The translations under genes were made by a program, and so were the position numbers. The notes beneath the pieces are model-generated. The model was given only the letters and a program-made list of their open reading frames with translations, was not told where the DNA came from and did not search any database. 64,000 nucleotides of DNA from Pristiophorus japonicus (lineage: Eukaryota), in assembly GCF_044704955.1 (NCBI RefSeq), contig NC_091989.1, positions 104,656,001 through 104,720,000 of the forward strand. Reading direction: 5' to 3'. Below, in pieces: positions 38,586 through 51,856 of the stretch (within the stretch, counting starts at the first letter, position 1; every line of letters begins with the position of its first letter).

Positions 38586-41254
38586 CTAGTCACTATGGTA
38601 CACCATGTAACTGCTGATTAGTCATACAGCCATAATTTACGAGTATCATCCTCTCCATTGAAGGATAGTTGACGCAGAATATGGAATTGAAATAGCGCTG
38701 CAGGAGAGATGCCTCAATATCAATAACAGTATATTATCAGCTACAAAATGCTGTTAATGCAAACCTTAACCTACAAACCAGAAATCAATACCATAGGCTC
38801 TAAAAGGGAGGAACATTTTTATTTTACTATATGTAACATGATATTTGAATAACCTATTATTTAAATGTTTCTACTATTTGCTTCTAAACCACTTTTTAAA
38901 GCATTGTTAAGGTTTCCACAATTCCAAAGCACGGCTATCATGAGGATAAATTTCCTCTGAGGTTCTCCCACTCATCCACAGTAACTTCAGCAGAAGAGCA
39001 GTGGATACCCTGGAATAACAGTGTAAACAGCTTTTTACCAGTGTTTCCATGGTACGTCCATGGAAGCTACAGCAGATAAGTGGGAAAATGCATAGAGAAA
39101 TCTCCCTACCACCTGCCAATTATTTTGATAGTACTTAGTTCAAGACTTTAACAATGCACTCCCAAAATATAATAAAATATTAATCCCTGACTGAGAATTG
39201 CAGTTAAGCATCATACATTCTTCATCCAGCAACTCCCATAACTCCAAAAAGAATTCCTAGAAGTTGCAATCGACTCGGGGAAAATTAAATGCAAAAAAGA
39301 CTCTCAAAATCAGAATTAGAACTTCTGAATTAAATTGCGACAGTTAGGATATGGGCCAAAGACAAATGGAGCTTCTGATATTTTGCGAATGGAGCGGGTA
39401 CTTACTGAAAATGAATTAACAGCTGAAATAATTCAGTTGCAATAACAAACATATGGGATCTGGTTTCCATTTTTATTCAGAAGAAATGCTCACTTAAAGC
39501 AATTTTTGTTTCATAATTTAAAAGACCATAAAACACAATTTATAACTATACTGTGAGAGCAGACAGATTTCTTTCTCAATTGAGGAAACTATATTAAGGA
39601 CCAAAACTCTCAGAATAGGATACAACTAAAGTTGGAGAGAATAAAAGAGAAGACAATGTAATTCAAGAAGTAGTAATTAGTCGATGCCAAGCTTGGGTTT
39701 CAAATGCCTGTAGATTGTAGGAGGAAGTAAGGAGATCTGCAGTTTGAAGTTTTGGGAAAGAATGAGCTAGCGTTAGAGACAGTGCCATGGACTTCATTTC
39801 AACAAAATGAGTTTGCAGGAAATGTATGCACTGACTTATTTAGAACTTAGAAACAATAGAGAACAATTCAATAGATAACTGAACATTGTAGTATCTTTAA
39901 AATAAAATGAGAAAAGGTGCAATGGAGAGAGAGGAGTTGACAAGAATTGAAAGAAGGATCACCCTAAGAGATAGGACTGAGATTGGTCATAGGAGAGCCT
40001 CTCTAGATATAGCAACAGAATTTAAGTCATGGGTTTTATTGAACACAAAGAACTGCTGAATGTAGCACAAATGTTTGGCATTAAAGGGGAAGTCAAGCGT
40101 CTTGGAGGCAACATTTAGCGGTGGAGATATAGGAGTTTCAGTTGAGATAAAGAGAGATAACAAAGACAAAGAGATCGGTGGATGAAAGACTAAAGATTGA
40201 ACAAACAGGAAGGGTGATACTTGTTCTATTTATGAGCGACTTAAAGAAACTGTCTTTGATGAATTGAAAAAGAACTAAGATTTTTGTTGCACTGTTGTAA
40301 ATTTATTTGCATAATTATTTACAGGACAAGGTGCCAAGTCAGACAAGTCTAGAAAGGACAGTAATGGTGAGAGAGGAAATTTGTGCATTAATCAGATTTA
40401 AAGGGGTGGGACAATTAAAGGCAGTGTCACAATAGGTGACAACAGTTCAGAAAGCCTATGACGAGCTCAAAATCCATCTCAAGCCCTTAGCAACCTTTGC
40501 CAAGGCTGAACGGAGAGGGGATTAATAAATAGAGGGAGAAATTCATGGGGCGCTAATTTTTAAAAGTTTGAAAAGTTAGCGCAGGCGCTAACGATTTAAA
40601 ACTTTTTAAAAATTTGCCGTTTGCGCTCCAAGAAGGAAGTGGAGTGCTAAACCAAGCTCTCCACTTCCTTCTTGGAGCACTAAAGGAAGCAGGCAGGGCG
40701 GTCACCTCAGCAGTGCTGCACACTGGGCTCTTCCTTCTCTTAAAAGGAAGAGCGATTACTGCAGGCTCTGCAATATGAAGGGGACCTATCTGGATCATCA
40801 AGGGAGCAATGAACCTGTGCGATAAGCCTGGCACTCCCTTACTTGGATAAGAAGAATTTGTTGTACTGGGCCCAAAGGAATATAAGGAAACAGTTTAACC
40901 TAAGATGCACAGTTGTAGAGGAACAGCACTTACTTGCAGTGGTGGATCCATGCTGGCCATCTGAGCCCAACACCACTCAAGTACCCTAGCCTGAAGGATG
41001 GACCGATGCTGGCGAATGCCTAGCACCCCTCTCTGCTAGGTGAACACTGGATTAGGAGAGAACAATGGAGTCATCGCACGCTACTCTGTCCAGTGATTGA
41101 ACGGGGTAATCTTGTTCGGAACTGTAAATTACTGCCATGAAAAACTACTAGTCTTTTGGCTGTATTGATTGCTACTGTACTTACCAATAAATACCTATCG
41201 TTACCAGTATAGAGTCAAGTTCGAATCTTTAAGTTTGAGGTGAAACCCTCTTAC

Positions 41255-41670
41255 AGTGATGTAGGGATTCGACATTGCCCTTTAACCTCTGGGACCTGGG
41301 TTCGAATCAGCCAAGATTGATGGGATGAAAATGTTCTCTGTCTGTTGACTGTAAGGATGTTACAAGTAGTGGGTTTGGGCACTCTCATTTCAGTTCCAGT
41401 GGTTATGAGGCAGCACAGCACAAACTGCCCTAAATAATCATTAATTGGCAAATTCATTGCAGGATGTGTGGTGTGGGAACTGGAAAAATGTCGCATTGTT
41501 GCAGCAGGGATACTCTGTGGAGCTGGACACTGAAGCATATCTCTGGGAAGAGTAGGGGAAACTCAACCCTGCCTTTAAATGTGCTACACCAAATCTGGGG
41601 GTTCTTAGTGCCCAGAATGGAAATATTCTAATCTGCAGCGCTAACATTCTTCACACAAAACATAATTTAA
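41255..41670 (+). mobile_element. LF-SINE-like element
   Basis: tRNA-like head ctttaacctctgggacctgggttcgaatc, cagttccagtgg, taattggca, ttcacacaaa tail; collinear with 58895-59330. Confidence 0.6.
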
Positions 41671-44484
41671 AAATTGGGGGAATTGTTTTGATCTGGAAGC
41701 CTAGTTATTTCAGATTAATATGATTAATTCATTATCCTTTCAGCTTGTTATCCCATTAATTATTGCATTTAAACAGGCCTATCTTATCTGAGCTTTTCCC
41801 GTACACACTTTGGCTGCCGCTCCGGACTCGGGCTATTCAACACTTTTCCACTTTTCCCTCTCTTTCCTTTTCTCCTTATCCCTCCCTAATCATTCTCTCC
41901 TGTCAGCGTGCCTCCTTTCATCTCTCCAATCTCACATACTCTGCCCTCCCAAATCCCGCCTCCAATTCTTCAGTACTTTTTAACCTTCCAACTCTCCTGC
42001 CGCCACCCAGGCTTGACTCCCTCCTAGATAAGCCTAGAACTTCCCTTTCTGCCTCTCGACATCCTACGAAGAGCCCATCGAGGCACTCGTCACTGCCTCC
42101 TTACAAGTAGCAACCCCAACAGTCCCATCCTACTCTCTCGCCGACCTTCCCGCCCAGTGCGCCCACTGGGGGCTAATCTTGCCAATCTCTTCCCCATCCA
42201 ACTCATTCCCCCCAGTGCTGGCCCAGTAGATGCTGGCAGTAGGCCAGCCATCACCAACCCTCTCCACATCTCCCTCCAGAATGTCCAATCGCTTGCGAAC
42301 AAGGCCCCTGTCATCCATGAGTTTATCGTGGATGATTGCATCGACATCATGGCCCTGGCGGAAACTTGGTTGAGGGGTGATGACACCTTACCCTTAAATG
42401 AAGCCTCACTGCCTGGCTATTCCTTCCACCACTTGTCCCGCTCAGACCGCCGTGGTGGCTCTCATCAGCAAATCACACCTTGGTCTGTCCCCTTACTACT
42501 CCGGCACTTTCTCCTCCTTTGAGCCTCTCACCTTAATCTACTCCTCTCACCTCCCATTTAAAATTCTCATTCTCCACCGCTCACCCAAGTACCATAAACA
42601 TTTTATTACCGATATTTCTTCACTGCTTTCCTCCCTCAACCTCTGCACCGAACGGCTTCTCATCCTCGGTGATTTCAACCTCCATCTCAATTGATCATAC
42701 TCTCGCTCCTCTGAGTTAACTAGCCTCGTATCCTCCCTTAATCTTTCCCTCCATGTAAACTCCCCAACCTATATTCACAGCCAGCCCCTCGATCTTGCCA
42801 TCTCTCGTGGCCTCACTATTCCCATCGTGTCAACCGCAGATAAGGCCAACTCTGGTCACTTCCTCATATCGCTCTCCATTCAAATCAAAGTTCCATCCCT
42901 CCCCCTAACCCTACCTCCTTCTGTGTCCATCCCTTATAACTGCGCTTATGAACTCACAACTGTCAAGCCCTCCATTCACTACGACATTTCTGCAGCTACC
43001 GATCTGCTCAATCACACCCTTACCACCACCTTTGATGCCCTAGACCCTATTAAAACAATTACTCTCTCTCAGCCTGGCTGTTCTCCCTGGTCCAGCCATG
43101 ATCTTCGCTCCCTTAAGTCCAAGGGACGCAGACTTGAATGGATACGGCAGACAACTGGTTTAGCTATTCACCGCCAGACCTGGCTGGACCACATAAAGAA
43201 TTTTCGGGACCTGCTCTCAATTGCCAAAATTGCTCACTATTCCAGAATAATTCTGGAATGCAAAGATAAACTCTGGCTTCTATTCTCCACTGCTAACCAT
43301 CTTCCTAAAAACCTGTCCCCAATCTCCACCCTCACCTCCGACAATAAGTGTCAGGAGCTCATGGCCTTCTTTGACTCTAAGGTTGCAACCATCCGTTCGG
43401 CCGCCACTGCCTCTTCCCTTCCTTCCCCTAGCTCACCAGGCCAAACTTCCTCTGAAGACCCCCCCCCCTGCCCTAGCCCTGACTTCACACCTTTCTCCAG
43501 TTTCTCGCTGGACATCCCTCATGATCACTCAGAGCTCATCTTGTCCATGACACCCACTTCCTGCTCCCTTGACGCTGGTTCCATGTTAGCTGATATTGTT
43601 AACAGTTCTCTCTCCTTAGGTACTGTCCCCCTCTCCCTCAAATCTGCCATCATCACCCCTCACCTCAAAATACCAATGCTTGATTCCTCTGTCCTTGCAA
43701 ACTACCACCCCATCTCCAACCTTTTTTTCCGCTCCAAAATCCTTGAACGTGTTGTCACCTCCCAAATCCGTGTCCATCTTTCCTGTAATTCCATGCTTGA
43801 CTCCCTCCAATCAGGTTTCTGCACCTGCCACAGTACCAAAACGACTCTAATCAAAGTCACAAATGACATCCTTTGTGACTGTGACAAAGACAAACTATCC
43901 CTCCTCATCATTCTTAACTTGTCTACAGTGTTTGACATGATTGGCCACTCTATCCTTCTCCCAACACCTCTCCACCATCATCCAGGTGGGTGGGACTCCA
44001 CTCGTCTGGTTCCATTCTTATCAATCTAATCGTAGCCAGAGAATCACCTGCAACAACAAAGCTTTGTATTTATATAGCGCCTTCAACGTACTAAATCATC
44101 CCAAGGCGCTTCACAGGAGTATTTTAAGACAAAACAAATAAATTGACACCAAGCAACATAAGAAGAAATTACGACAGTTGACCAAAAGCTTGGTAAAAGA
44201 GATAGGTTTTAAGGAGCGTCGTAAAGGAAGAAAGAGAGGTCGAAAGGCGGTGAGGTTTAGAGAGGGAGTTCTAGAGCTTGTGGCCTAGGTAGCTGAAGGC
44301 ATGGCCACCAATAGTTGAGCAGTTATAATCAGGGATGCTCAAGAGGGCAGAATTTGAGGAGCGCAGACATCTTAGGAGGTTGTAAGGCTGAATGAGATTA
44401 CAGAGATAGGGAGGGGCAAGGTCATGGAGAGATTTGTAAGCAAATTTTGATGAGAATTTTGAAATCGAGGCGTTGCTTAAGCGG

Positions 44485-44922
44485 GAAACATAGAAACATA
44501 GAAAATAGGTGCAGGAGTAGGCCATTACGCCCTTTGAGCCTGCACCACCATTCAATAAGATCATGGCTGATCATTCCTTCAGTACCCCTTTCCTGCTTTC
44601 TCTCCATACCCCTTGATCCCCTTAGCCGTAAGGGCCATATCTAACTCTCTCTTGAATATATCCAATGAACTGGCATCAACAACTCTCTGCGGTAGGGAAT
44701 TCCACAGGTTAACAACTCTGAGTGAAGAAGTTTCTCCTCATCTCAGTCCTAAATGGCCTACCCCTTATCCTAAGACTGTGTCCCCTGGTTCTGGACTTCC
44801 CCAACATCGGGAACAATCTACCAGCATCTAACCTGTCCCGTCCCATCAGAATCTTGTATGTTTCTATGAGATCCCCTCTCATCCTTCTAAACTCCAGTGT
44901 ATAAAGGCCCAGTTAATCCAGT
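44485..44922 (-). mobile_element. CR1 3' end fragment
   Basis: (GTTTCTAT)n tail, CR1 3' UTR and RT C-terminus. Confidence 0.85.
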
Positions 44923-44966
44923 GTCGGCGAGGTCGGCGAGCACAGGGGTGATGGGTGAGCGGGACC

Positions 44967-45850
44967 AACATAAGAACATAAGGAATAGGAGCAGGAGTAG
45001 GCCATTTGGCCCCTCGAGCCTGCTCCGCCATTCAATAAGCTCATGGTTGATCTGATCATGGATTCAGCTCCACTTCCCTGCCCGCTCCCCATAACCCTTT
45101 ACTCCCTTATCGTTCAAAAATCTGTCTATCTCCGCCTTAAATATATTCAATGATCCAGCCTCCATAGATCTCTGGTGCAGAGAATTCTAAAGATTTACAA
45201 CCCACGAAAGAAGAAATTCCTCCGCATCTCAGTTTTAAATGGGCGGCCCCTTATTCTGAGACTATGTCCCCTAGTTTTAGTTTCCCCTATCAGTGGAAAT
45301 ATCCTCTCTGCATTCATCTTGTCGAGCCCCCTCATTACCTTATAAGTTTCAATAAGATGACCTCTCATTCTTCTGAACTCCAATGTGTAGAGGCCCAACC
45401 TACTCAACCTATCTTCATAAGTCAATCCCCTTATCTCCAGAATCAACCGAGTGAATCTTCTCTGAACAGCCTCCAAAGCAAGTATATCCTTCCTTAAATA
45501 CGAGACCAAAACTGTACGCAGCACTTCAGATGTGGCCTCACCAATACCCTGTACAGTTGTAGCAGGACTTCTCTGCTTTTATACTCTATCCCCCTTGCAA
45601 TAAAGGCCAACATTCCATTTGTCTTCCTGATTACTTGCTGTACCTGCATATTAACTTTATGTGTTTCATGCACAAGGACCCCCAGGTCTCTCTGTACTGC
45701 AGCATTTTGCAATTTTTCTCCATTTAAATTATTATTTGCTTTTCTATTATTTCTGCCAAAGTGGATAACCTCATATTTTCCCACATTATACTCCATCTGC
45801 CAAATTTTTGCCCACTTATTTAGCCTGTCTATGTCCCTTTGAAGATTGAT
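44967..45850 (-). mobile_element. CR1 3' fragment
   Basis: WQMEYNVGK, LVRPHLK, EFRRMRG; (GTTCTTAT)n tail. Confidence 0.85.
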
Positions 45851-46845
45851 GTGAGTTAGGACACGGGCTGCCAAGCTTTGGATGACTGCAAGTTTATGTC
45901 AGGTAGAATGTGGGAGGCCAGCCAGGAGTGCGTTCGAGTGGTCAAGTCTAGAGGTAACAAAGGAATGGATAAGGGTTTCAGCAGCAGATGAGCTGAGGTG
46001 GGGGCGGAGATGGGCAATGTTACGGAGGTAGAAATAAGCGGCTTTGGATATGCTGCGGATATGTGGCTTCTTTTCCCACCCTCGCATCATTACCTTTGGT
46101 GTCCCCCAAGGATCTATCCTTGGCCCCCTCCCATTTCTCATCTACATGATGCCCCTTAGCAACATCATCTGAAAAGACAGCATCAGTTTCCACTTGTATG
46201 CTGATGACACCCAGCTCTACCTCACTACCACTTCTCTCAACTCCTCCACGGTTTCTAAATTGTCAGACTGCTTGTCCGACATCCAGTTCTGGATGAGCAA
46301 AAGTTTTCTCCAATTAAATATTGGGAAGACCAAAGCCATTGTTTTAGGTCCCCACCACAAACTCTGTTCCCTAGACACTGACTCCATCCCTCTCCCCAAA
46401 TTCTATCTGAAGCTGAACCATCCTGTTCACAACCTTGATGCCATATTTGACCCTGAAATGAGCTTTTGACCACATATCCCCAGCATAACTAAGACTGCCT
46501 ATTTCCACCTCCGTAACATCACCCATCTCCGCCCTTGCCTCAGATCATCCGTTGCTGAAACCCTCTCCCATGCCTTTGGTACCTCTAGACTTGACTATTC
46601 CAATGTGCTCCAGGCTGGCATCCTACATTCTACCCTACATAAACTTGAGGTGATCCAAAACTCGGTTGCCCGTGTCCTAACTCGCAGCAAGTCCCGTTCA
46701 TCCATCACCCTTGTGCTCGCTGGCCTACATTGGCTCCTGGTTAAGCAACGCCTCGATTTCAAAATTCTAATCCTTCCTTTCTAATCCCTCCATGGCCTCG
46801 CCCCTCCCTATCTCTGTAATCTCCTCCAGCCCCACAACCCCCTGA

Positions 46846-49800
46846 GGTGAAGGGTCCACAGCCAGCTAGGGAATGGAAGACCAGTAGGAAGAGCAGTGCA
46901 AGGAAGGTAGTGCAGGGGTCCCCTGCGGTCATCCCCCTGCAAACCAGATACACCGTTTTGAGTACTGTTGAGGGGGATGACTCATCAGGAGAGGGCAGCA
47001 GCAGCCAAGTTCATGGCACCGTGGCTGGCTCTGCTGCACAGGAGGGCAGGAAAAAGAGTGGGAGAGCGATAGTGATAGGGGATTCGATTGTAAGGGGAAT
47101 AGATAGGCGTTTCTGCGGCTGCAACCAAGAATCCAGGATGGTATGTTGCCTCCCTGGTGCAAGGGTCAAAGATGTCTCGGAGCGGGTGCAGGACATTCTA
47201 AAAAGGGAGGGAGAACAGCCAGTTGTCGTGGTGCACATTGGTACCAACGACATAGGTAAAAAAAGGGATGAGGTCCTACGAGACAAATTTAAGGACCTCA
47301 TAAGTAGTAATCTCGGGATTGCTACCAGTGCCATGTGCTCGTCAGAGTAGGAATCGCAGGATAGCGCAGATGAATACGTGGCTTGAGTAGTGGTGCAGCA
47401 GGGAGGGATTCAAATTCCTGGGGCATTGGAACCGGTTCTGGGGGAGGTGGAACCAGTACAAACTGGACGGTCTGCACCTGGGCAGGACCGGAACCAATGT
47501 CCTCGGGGGAGTGTTTGCTAGTGCTGTTGGGGAGGAGTTAAACTAATATGGCAGGGGGATGGGAACCAATGCAGGGAGACAGAGGGAAACAAAAAGGAGA
47601 CAAAAGCAAAAGACAGAAAGGAGATGAGTAAAAGTGGAGGGCAGAGAAACCCAAGGCAAAAAACAAAAAGGGCCACTGAATATAAAGGGGCTGCAGGAGG
47701 GGTCAAAACTAAAAATCATGGTTTAAAAACTAGGATTAAAACTCTCTACCTAAACGCACGCAGCATTCGAAATAAAGTAAATGAGTTGACGGCACAAATC
47801 ATTACAAATGGGTATGATTTGGTGGCCATTACAGAAACATGGTTGCAGGGTGGCCAAGACTGGGAATTAAACATACAGGGGTATCTGACGATTCGGAAAG
47901 ATAGACAAGAAAGGAAAGGAGGTGGGGTAGCTCTGTTAATAAAGGATGATATCAGGGCAGTTGTGAGAGACGATATTGGCTCTAATGAACAAAATGTTGA
48001 ATCATTATGGGTGGAGATTAGAGATAGTAAGGGGAAAAAGTCACTGGTGGGCGTAGTTTAAAGGCCCCCAAATAATAACTTCACGGTGGGGCGGGCAATA
48101 ATCAAGGGAATAATGGAGGCATGTGAAAAAGGAACGGCAGTAGTCATGGGGGATTTTAACCTACATATCGATTGGTCAACTCAAATCGCACGGGGTAGCC
48201 TGGAGGAGGAATTCATAGAATGCATACGGGATTGTTTCTTAGAACAGTATGTTACAGAACCTACAAGGGAGCAAGCTACTTAGATCTGGTCCTGTGTAAT
48301 GAGACAGGAAAAATAAACGATCTCCTAGTAAAAGATCCTCTCGGAATGAGTGATCACATTATGGTTGAATTTGTAATACAGATTGAGGGTGAGGAAGTTG
48401 TGTCAGAAACGAGCGTACTATGCTTATACAAAGGAACAAAGGGGACTACAGTGGGATGAGGGCAGAGTTGGCTAAAGTAGACTGGAAACACAGACTAAAC
48501 GGTGGTACAATTGAGGAACAGTGGAGGACTTTTAAGGAGCTCTTTCATAGTGCGTAACAAAAATATATTCCAGTGAAAAAGAAGGGTGGTAAGAGAAGGG
48601 ATAACCAGCCGTGGATAACCAAGGAAATAAAGGAGGGTATCAAATCAAAGACCAATGCGCATAAGGTGGCCAAGGGTAGTGGGAAACTAGAAGATTGGGA
48701 ACATTTTAAACAACAGCAAAGAATGACTAAATAAGCAATAAAGAAAGGAAAGCTAGATTACGAAGGTAAACTTGCGCAAAACATAAAAACAGATAGTAAA
48801 AGCTTTTACCAATATTTAAAATGGAAGAGAGTGACTAAAGTAAATGTTGGTCCCTTAGAAGATGAGAAGGGGGATTTAATAATGGGAAATGTGGAAATGG
48901 CTGAGACTTTAAACAATTATTTTGCTTCGGTCTTCACAGTGGAAGACATAAAAACCATGCCAAAAATTGATGGTAATAGGAATGTGGGAAGGGAGGACCT
49001 TGAGATAATCACTATCACTAGGGGGGTAGTGCTGGACAGGCTAATGGGACTCAAGGTAGACAAGTCCCCTGGTCCTGATGAAATGCATCCCAGGGTATTA
49101 AAAGAGATGGCGGAAGTTATAGCAGATGTATTCATTATAATCTACCAAAATTCTCTGGAATCTGGGGAGATACCAGCGGATTGGAAAGCAGCTAATGTAG
49201 TGCCTCTGTTTAAAAAAGGGGGCAGACAAAAGGCAGGTAACTATAGGCCGGTTAGTTTAACATCTGTAGTGGAGAAAATGCTTGAAACTATCATTAAGGA
49301 AGAAATAGTGGGACATCTAGATAGGAATAGGGCAATCAAGCAGACGCAACATGGATTCATGAAGGGGAAATCATGTTTAACTAATGAATTCTTTGAAGAT
49401 ATAACGAGCATGGTGGATAGAGGTGTATCGATGGATGTGGTGTAGTTCGATAAGGTGCCACACAAAAGGTTACTGCAGAAGATTGAGGTACGCGGAGTCA
49501 GAGGAAATGTATTAGCATGGATAGAGAATTGGCTGGCGAACAGAAAGCAGAGAGTCGGGATAAATGGGTCCTTTCGGGTTGGAAATCGGTGGTTAGTGGT
49601 GTGCCACAGGGATCGGTGCTGGGACCACAACTGTTTACAATATACATAGATGACCTGGAAGAGGGGACAGAGTGTAGTGTAACAAAATTTGCAGATGACA
49701 CAAAGATTAGTGGGAAAGCGGGTTGTGTAGAGGACAGAGAGAGGCTGCAAAGAGATTTAGATAGGTTAAGCGAATAGGCTAAGGTTTGGCAGATGGAATA

Positions 49801-50599
49801 CAATGTCGGAAAGTGTGAGGTCATCCACCTTGGGAAAAAAAAGAGTAAAAGGGAATATTATTTGAATGGGGAGAAATTACAACATGCTGAGGTGCAGAGG
49901 GACCTGGGGGTCCTTGTGCATGAATCCCAAAAAGTTAGTTTTCAGGTGCAGCAGGTAATCAGGAAGGCGAATGGAATGTTGGCCTTCATTGCGAGAGGGA
50001 TGGAGTACAAAAGCAGGGAAGTCCTGCTGCAACTGTATAGGGTATTGGTAAGGCTGCACCTGGAGTACTGCGTGCAGTTTTGGTCACCTTACTTAAGGAA
50101 GGATATACTGGCTTTGGAGAGGGTATAGAGACGATTTACTAAGCTGATTCCGGAGATGAGGGGGTTACCTTATGATGATAGATTGAGTAGACTGGGTCTT
50201 TACTCGTTGGAGTTCAGAAGGATGAGGGGTGATCTTATAGAAACATTTAAAATAATGAAAGGGATAGACAAGATAGAGGCGGAGAGGTTGTTTCCACTGG
50301 TCGGGAGACTAGAACTAGGGGGCACAGCCTCAAAATACGGGGGAGCCAATTTAAAACCGAGTTGAGAAGGAATTTCTTCTCCCAGAGGGTTGTGAATCTG
50401 TGGAATTCTCTGCCCAAGGAAGCAGTTGAGGCTAGCTCATTGAATGTATTCAAGTCACAGATTGATAGATAAGGGAATTAAGGGTTACGGGGAGCTGAGT
50501 CCACGGCCAGATCAGCCATGATTTTATTGAATGGCGGAGCAGGCTCGAGGGGCTAGATGGTCTACTCCTGTTCCTAATTCTTATGTTCTTATGTTCTTA
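46846..50599 (+). mobile_element. Near full-length CR1 (ORF1 SGNH esterase, ORF2 APE-RT), disrupted, inserted in the L2 3' end
   Basis: IVIGDSIVRG/CLPGA/VVHIGTND, LYLNARSIRNK, NYRPVSLTS, KFADDTK; tail (GTTCTTAT)n 50578-50600. Confidence 0.92.
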
Positions 50600-50996
50600 T
50601 ATCTGCACTCCTCTAATTCTGTCCTCTTGAGCATCCCTGATTTTTAAAAAATCGCTCAACCATGGTGGCCTTGCATTTTGTTACCTCGGCCCTAGGCTCT
50701 AGAATTCCCTGCCTAAACCTCTCTGCCTCTCTACCTCTCTTTCCTCCTTCAAGACGCTCCTTAAAACCAACCTCTCTGACCTTGCATTTGGTCACCTGCC
50801 CCAATTTCTCCTTATGTGGTTCGGTGTCCAGTTCTTTGTCTCATGCTACTCCTGTGATGCACCTTGGGATGTTTTACTACATTACAGGCGCTATGTAATA
50901 AAAGTTGTTGTTGTTCTAATTTCCGTATTTGTAAAATTGGTGAATATTAAATCTAGAAATCTAACCAATATTAATGAAATAAGATGGCTCTCTTAC

Positions 50997-51113
50997 CTTT
51001 ACGTTTACATTTACAAAATTTACAACAAAGTATTGCTGCAATAATCAGGAGCAGCAGAGCTATTGCTCCACAGAGATAGATCCACCAAGGCAAAGGGTCA
51101 CTGACACCATTAT
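50997..51113 (-). CDS. Transmembrane exon of the Ig-superfamily protein
   Basis: Acceptor tgtcttacag|, donor |gtaaga, 117 bp, phase 1-1. Encodes DNGVSDPLPWWIYLCGAIALLLLIIAAILCCKFCKCKRK. Confidence 0.85.
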
Positions 51114-51856
51114 CTGTAAGACACATACAAAACAGAAAAATAAAGTCATTCACTTTCAGAAGGAAAATGACGGTGCAGCAGGTTAGCACTTTCTGCTTTC
51201 ACCTCTAACATCCCCAGCTCTTTCGGGTGGCTCTATACTGTTTATATTATGAATTCCCCACACAAAAACGGCACACCAACCTTCACACCCAATATTCAAA
51301 TTAATGCTCCTGGGACATAATGGTTGGTGCCAGAAGTGCCAAACTCATAAAATTACACCTCATGAGCCTTATGTGTAATGATTTAAGAATCTCAATCCAG
51401 TTTCTAGTTGGTGTGGGTCAGAACTGTCTTCAATTCAGTCCAGATTAGCAATAAATAATCTCTCAATTGGATGATCCAAAAGGTTGGCTTATGGGAGTGA
51501 ACTGCTGTTTCCCAGTTACTTTCACTCTTGCCTTAATCTTTCATAATTACCATCTGCAAATTACCATGTCAATTATGTCATGTGGTCCTCAGTACTTACC
51601 ATCTAAGGTCTGTAATTCAACCACTCAAAAAGGCAGACTGGGACAATGGGCAACACCTGACTCTGGTTCCTCTTATTCGTCTATCCACTGTTGACTGTAG
51701 AGCACAACGGTTATTTTATTTTTTGCCCTTTTTTTGTCTTCTGCCTTTTCACTACTGTTGTTCAGATCTGACCTTACAGAGCAAAAGGTCACAAGTTCAA
51801 CTCCTGGCCTGTGTTAGGTTAGCTAGACAGAATAGCTGTTGAGGTGCTACAAGTTT

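Larger units (their letters stand above)
44051..46064 (-). mobile_element. Second L2 3' fragment inserted antisense into the first L2, itself carrying two CR1 fragments
   Basis: PHIRSISKAAYFYLRNIA...FVTSRLDHSNALLAGLP on minus; tail ggcgctatataaatac...ttgttg at about 44051-44080. Host L2 rejoins acctgcaa|tggcttc. Confidence 0.8.
41800..50915 (+). mobile_element. L2 LINE (ORF2 APE-RT) split into 41800-44050, 46065-46845 and 50600-50915
   Basis: LQNVQSLANK, LILGDFNLH, NYHPISNL, QSGFCTCHST, GVPQGSILGP, YADDTQLY; 3' tail aggcgctatgtaataaaagttgttgttg. 5' boundary approximate. Confidence 0.88.

Noticed and set aside
40934-40990. 57-bp minus-strand candidate exon (ccttcag|...|gtaagt) between the TM and terminal exons
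   Set aside because: In the required phase 1 it reads GGC TAG, an immediate stop.
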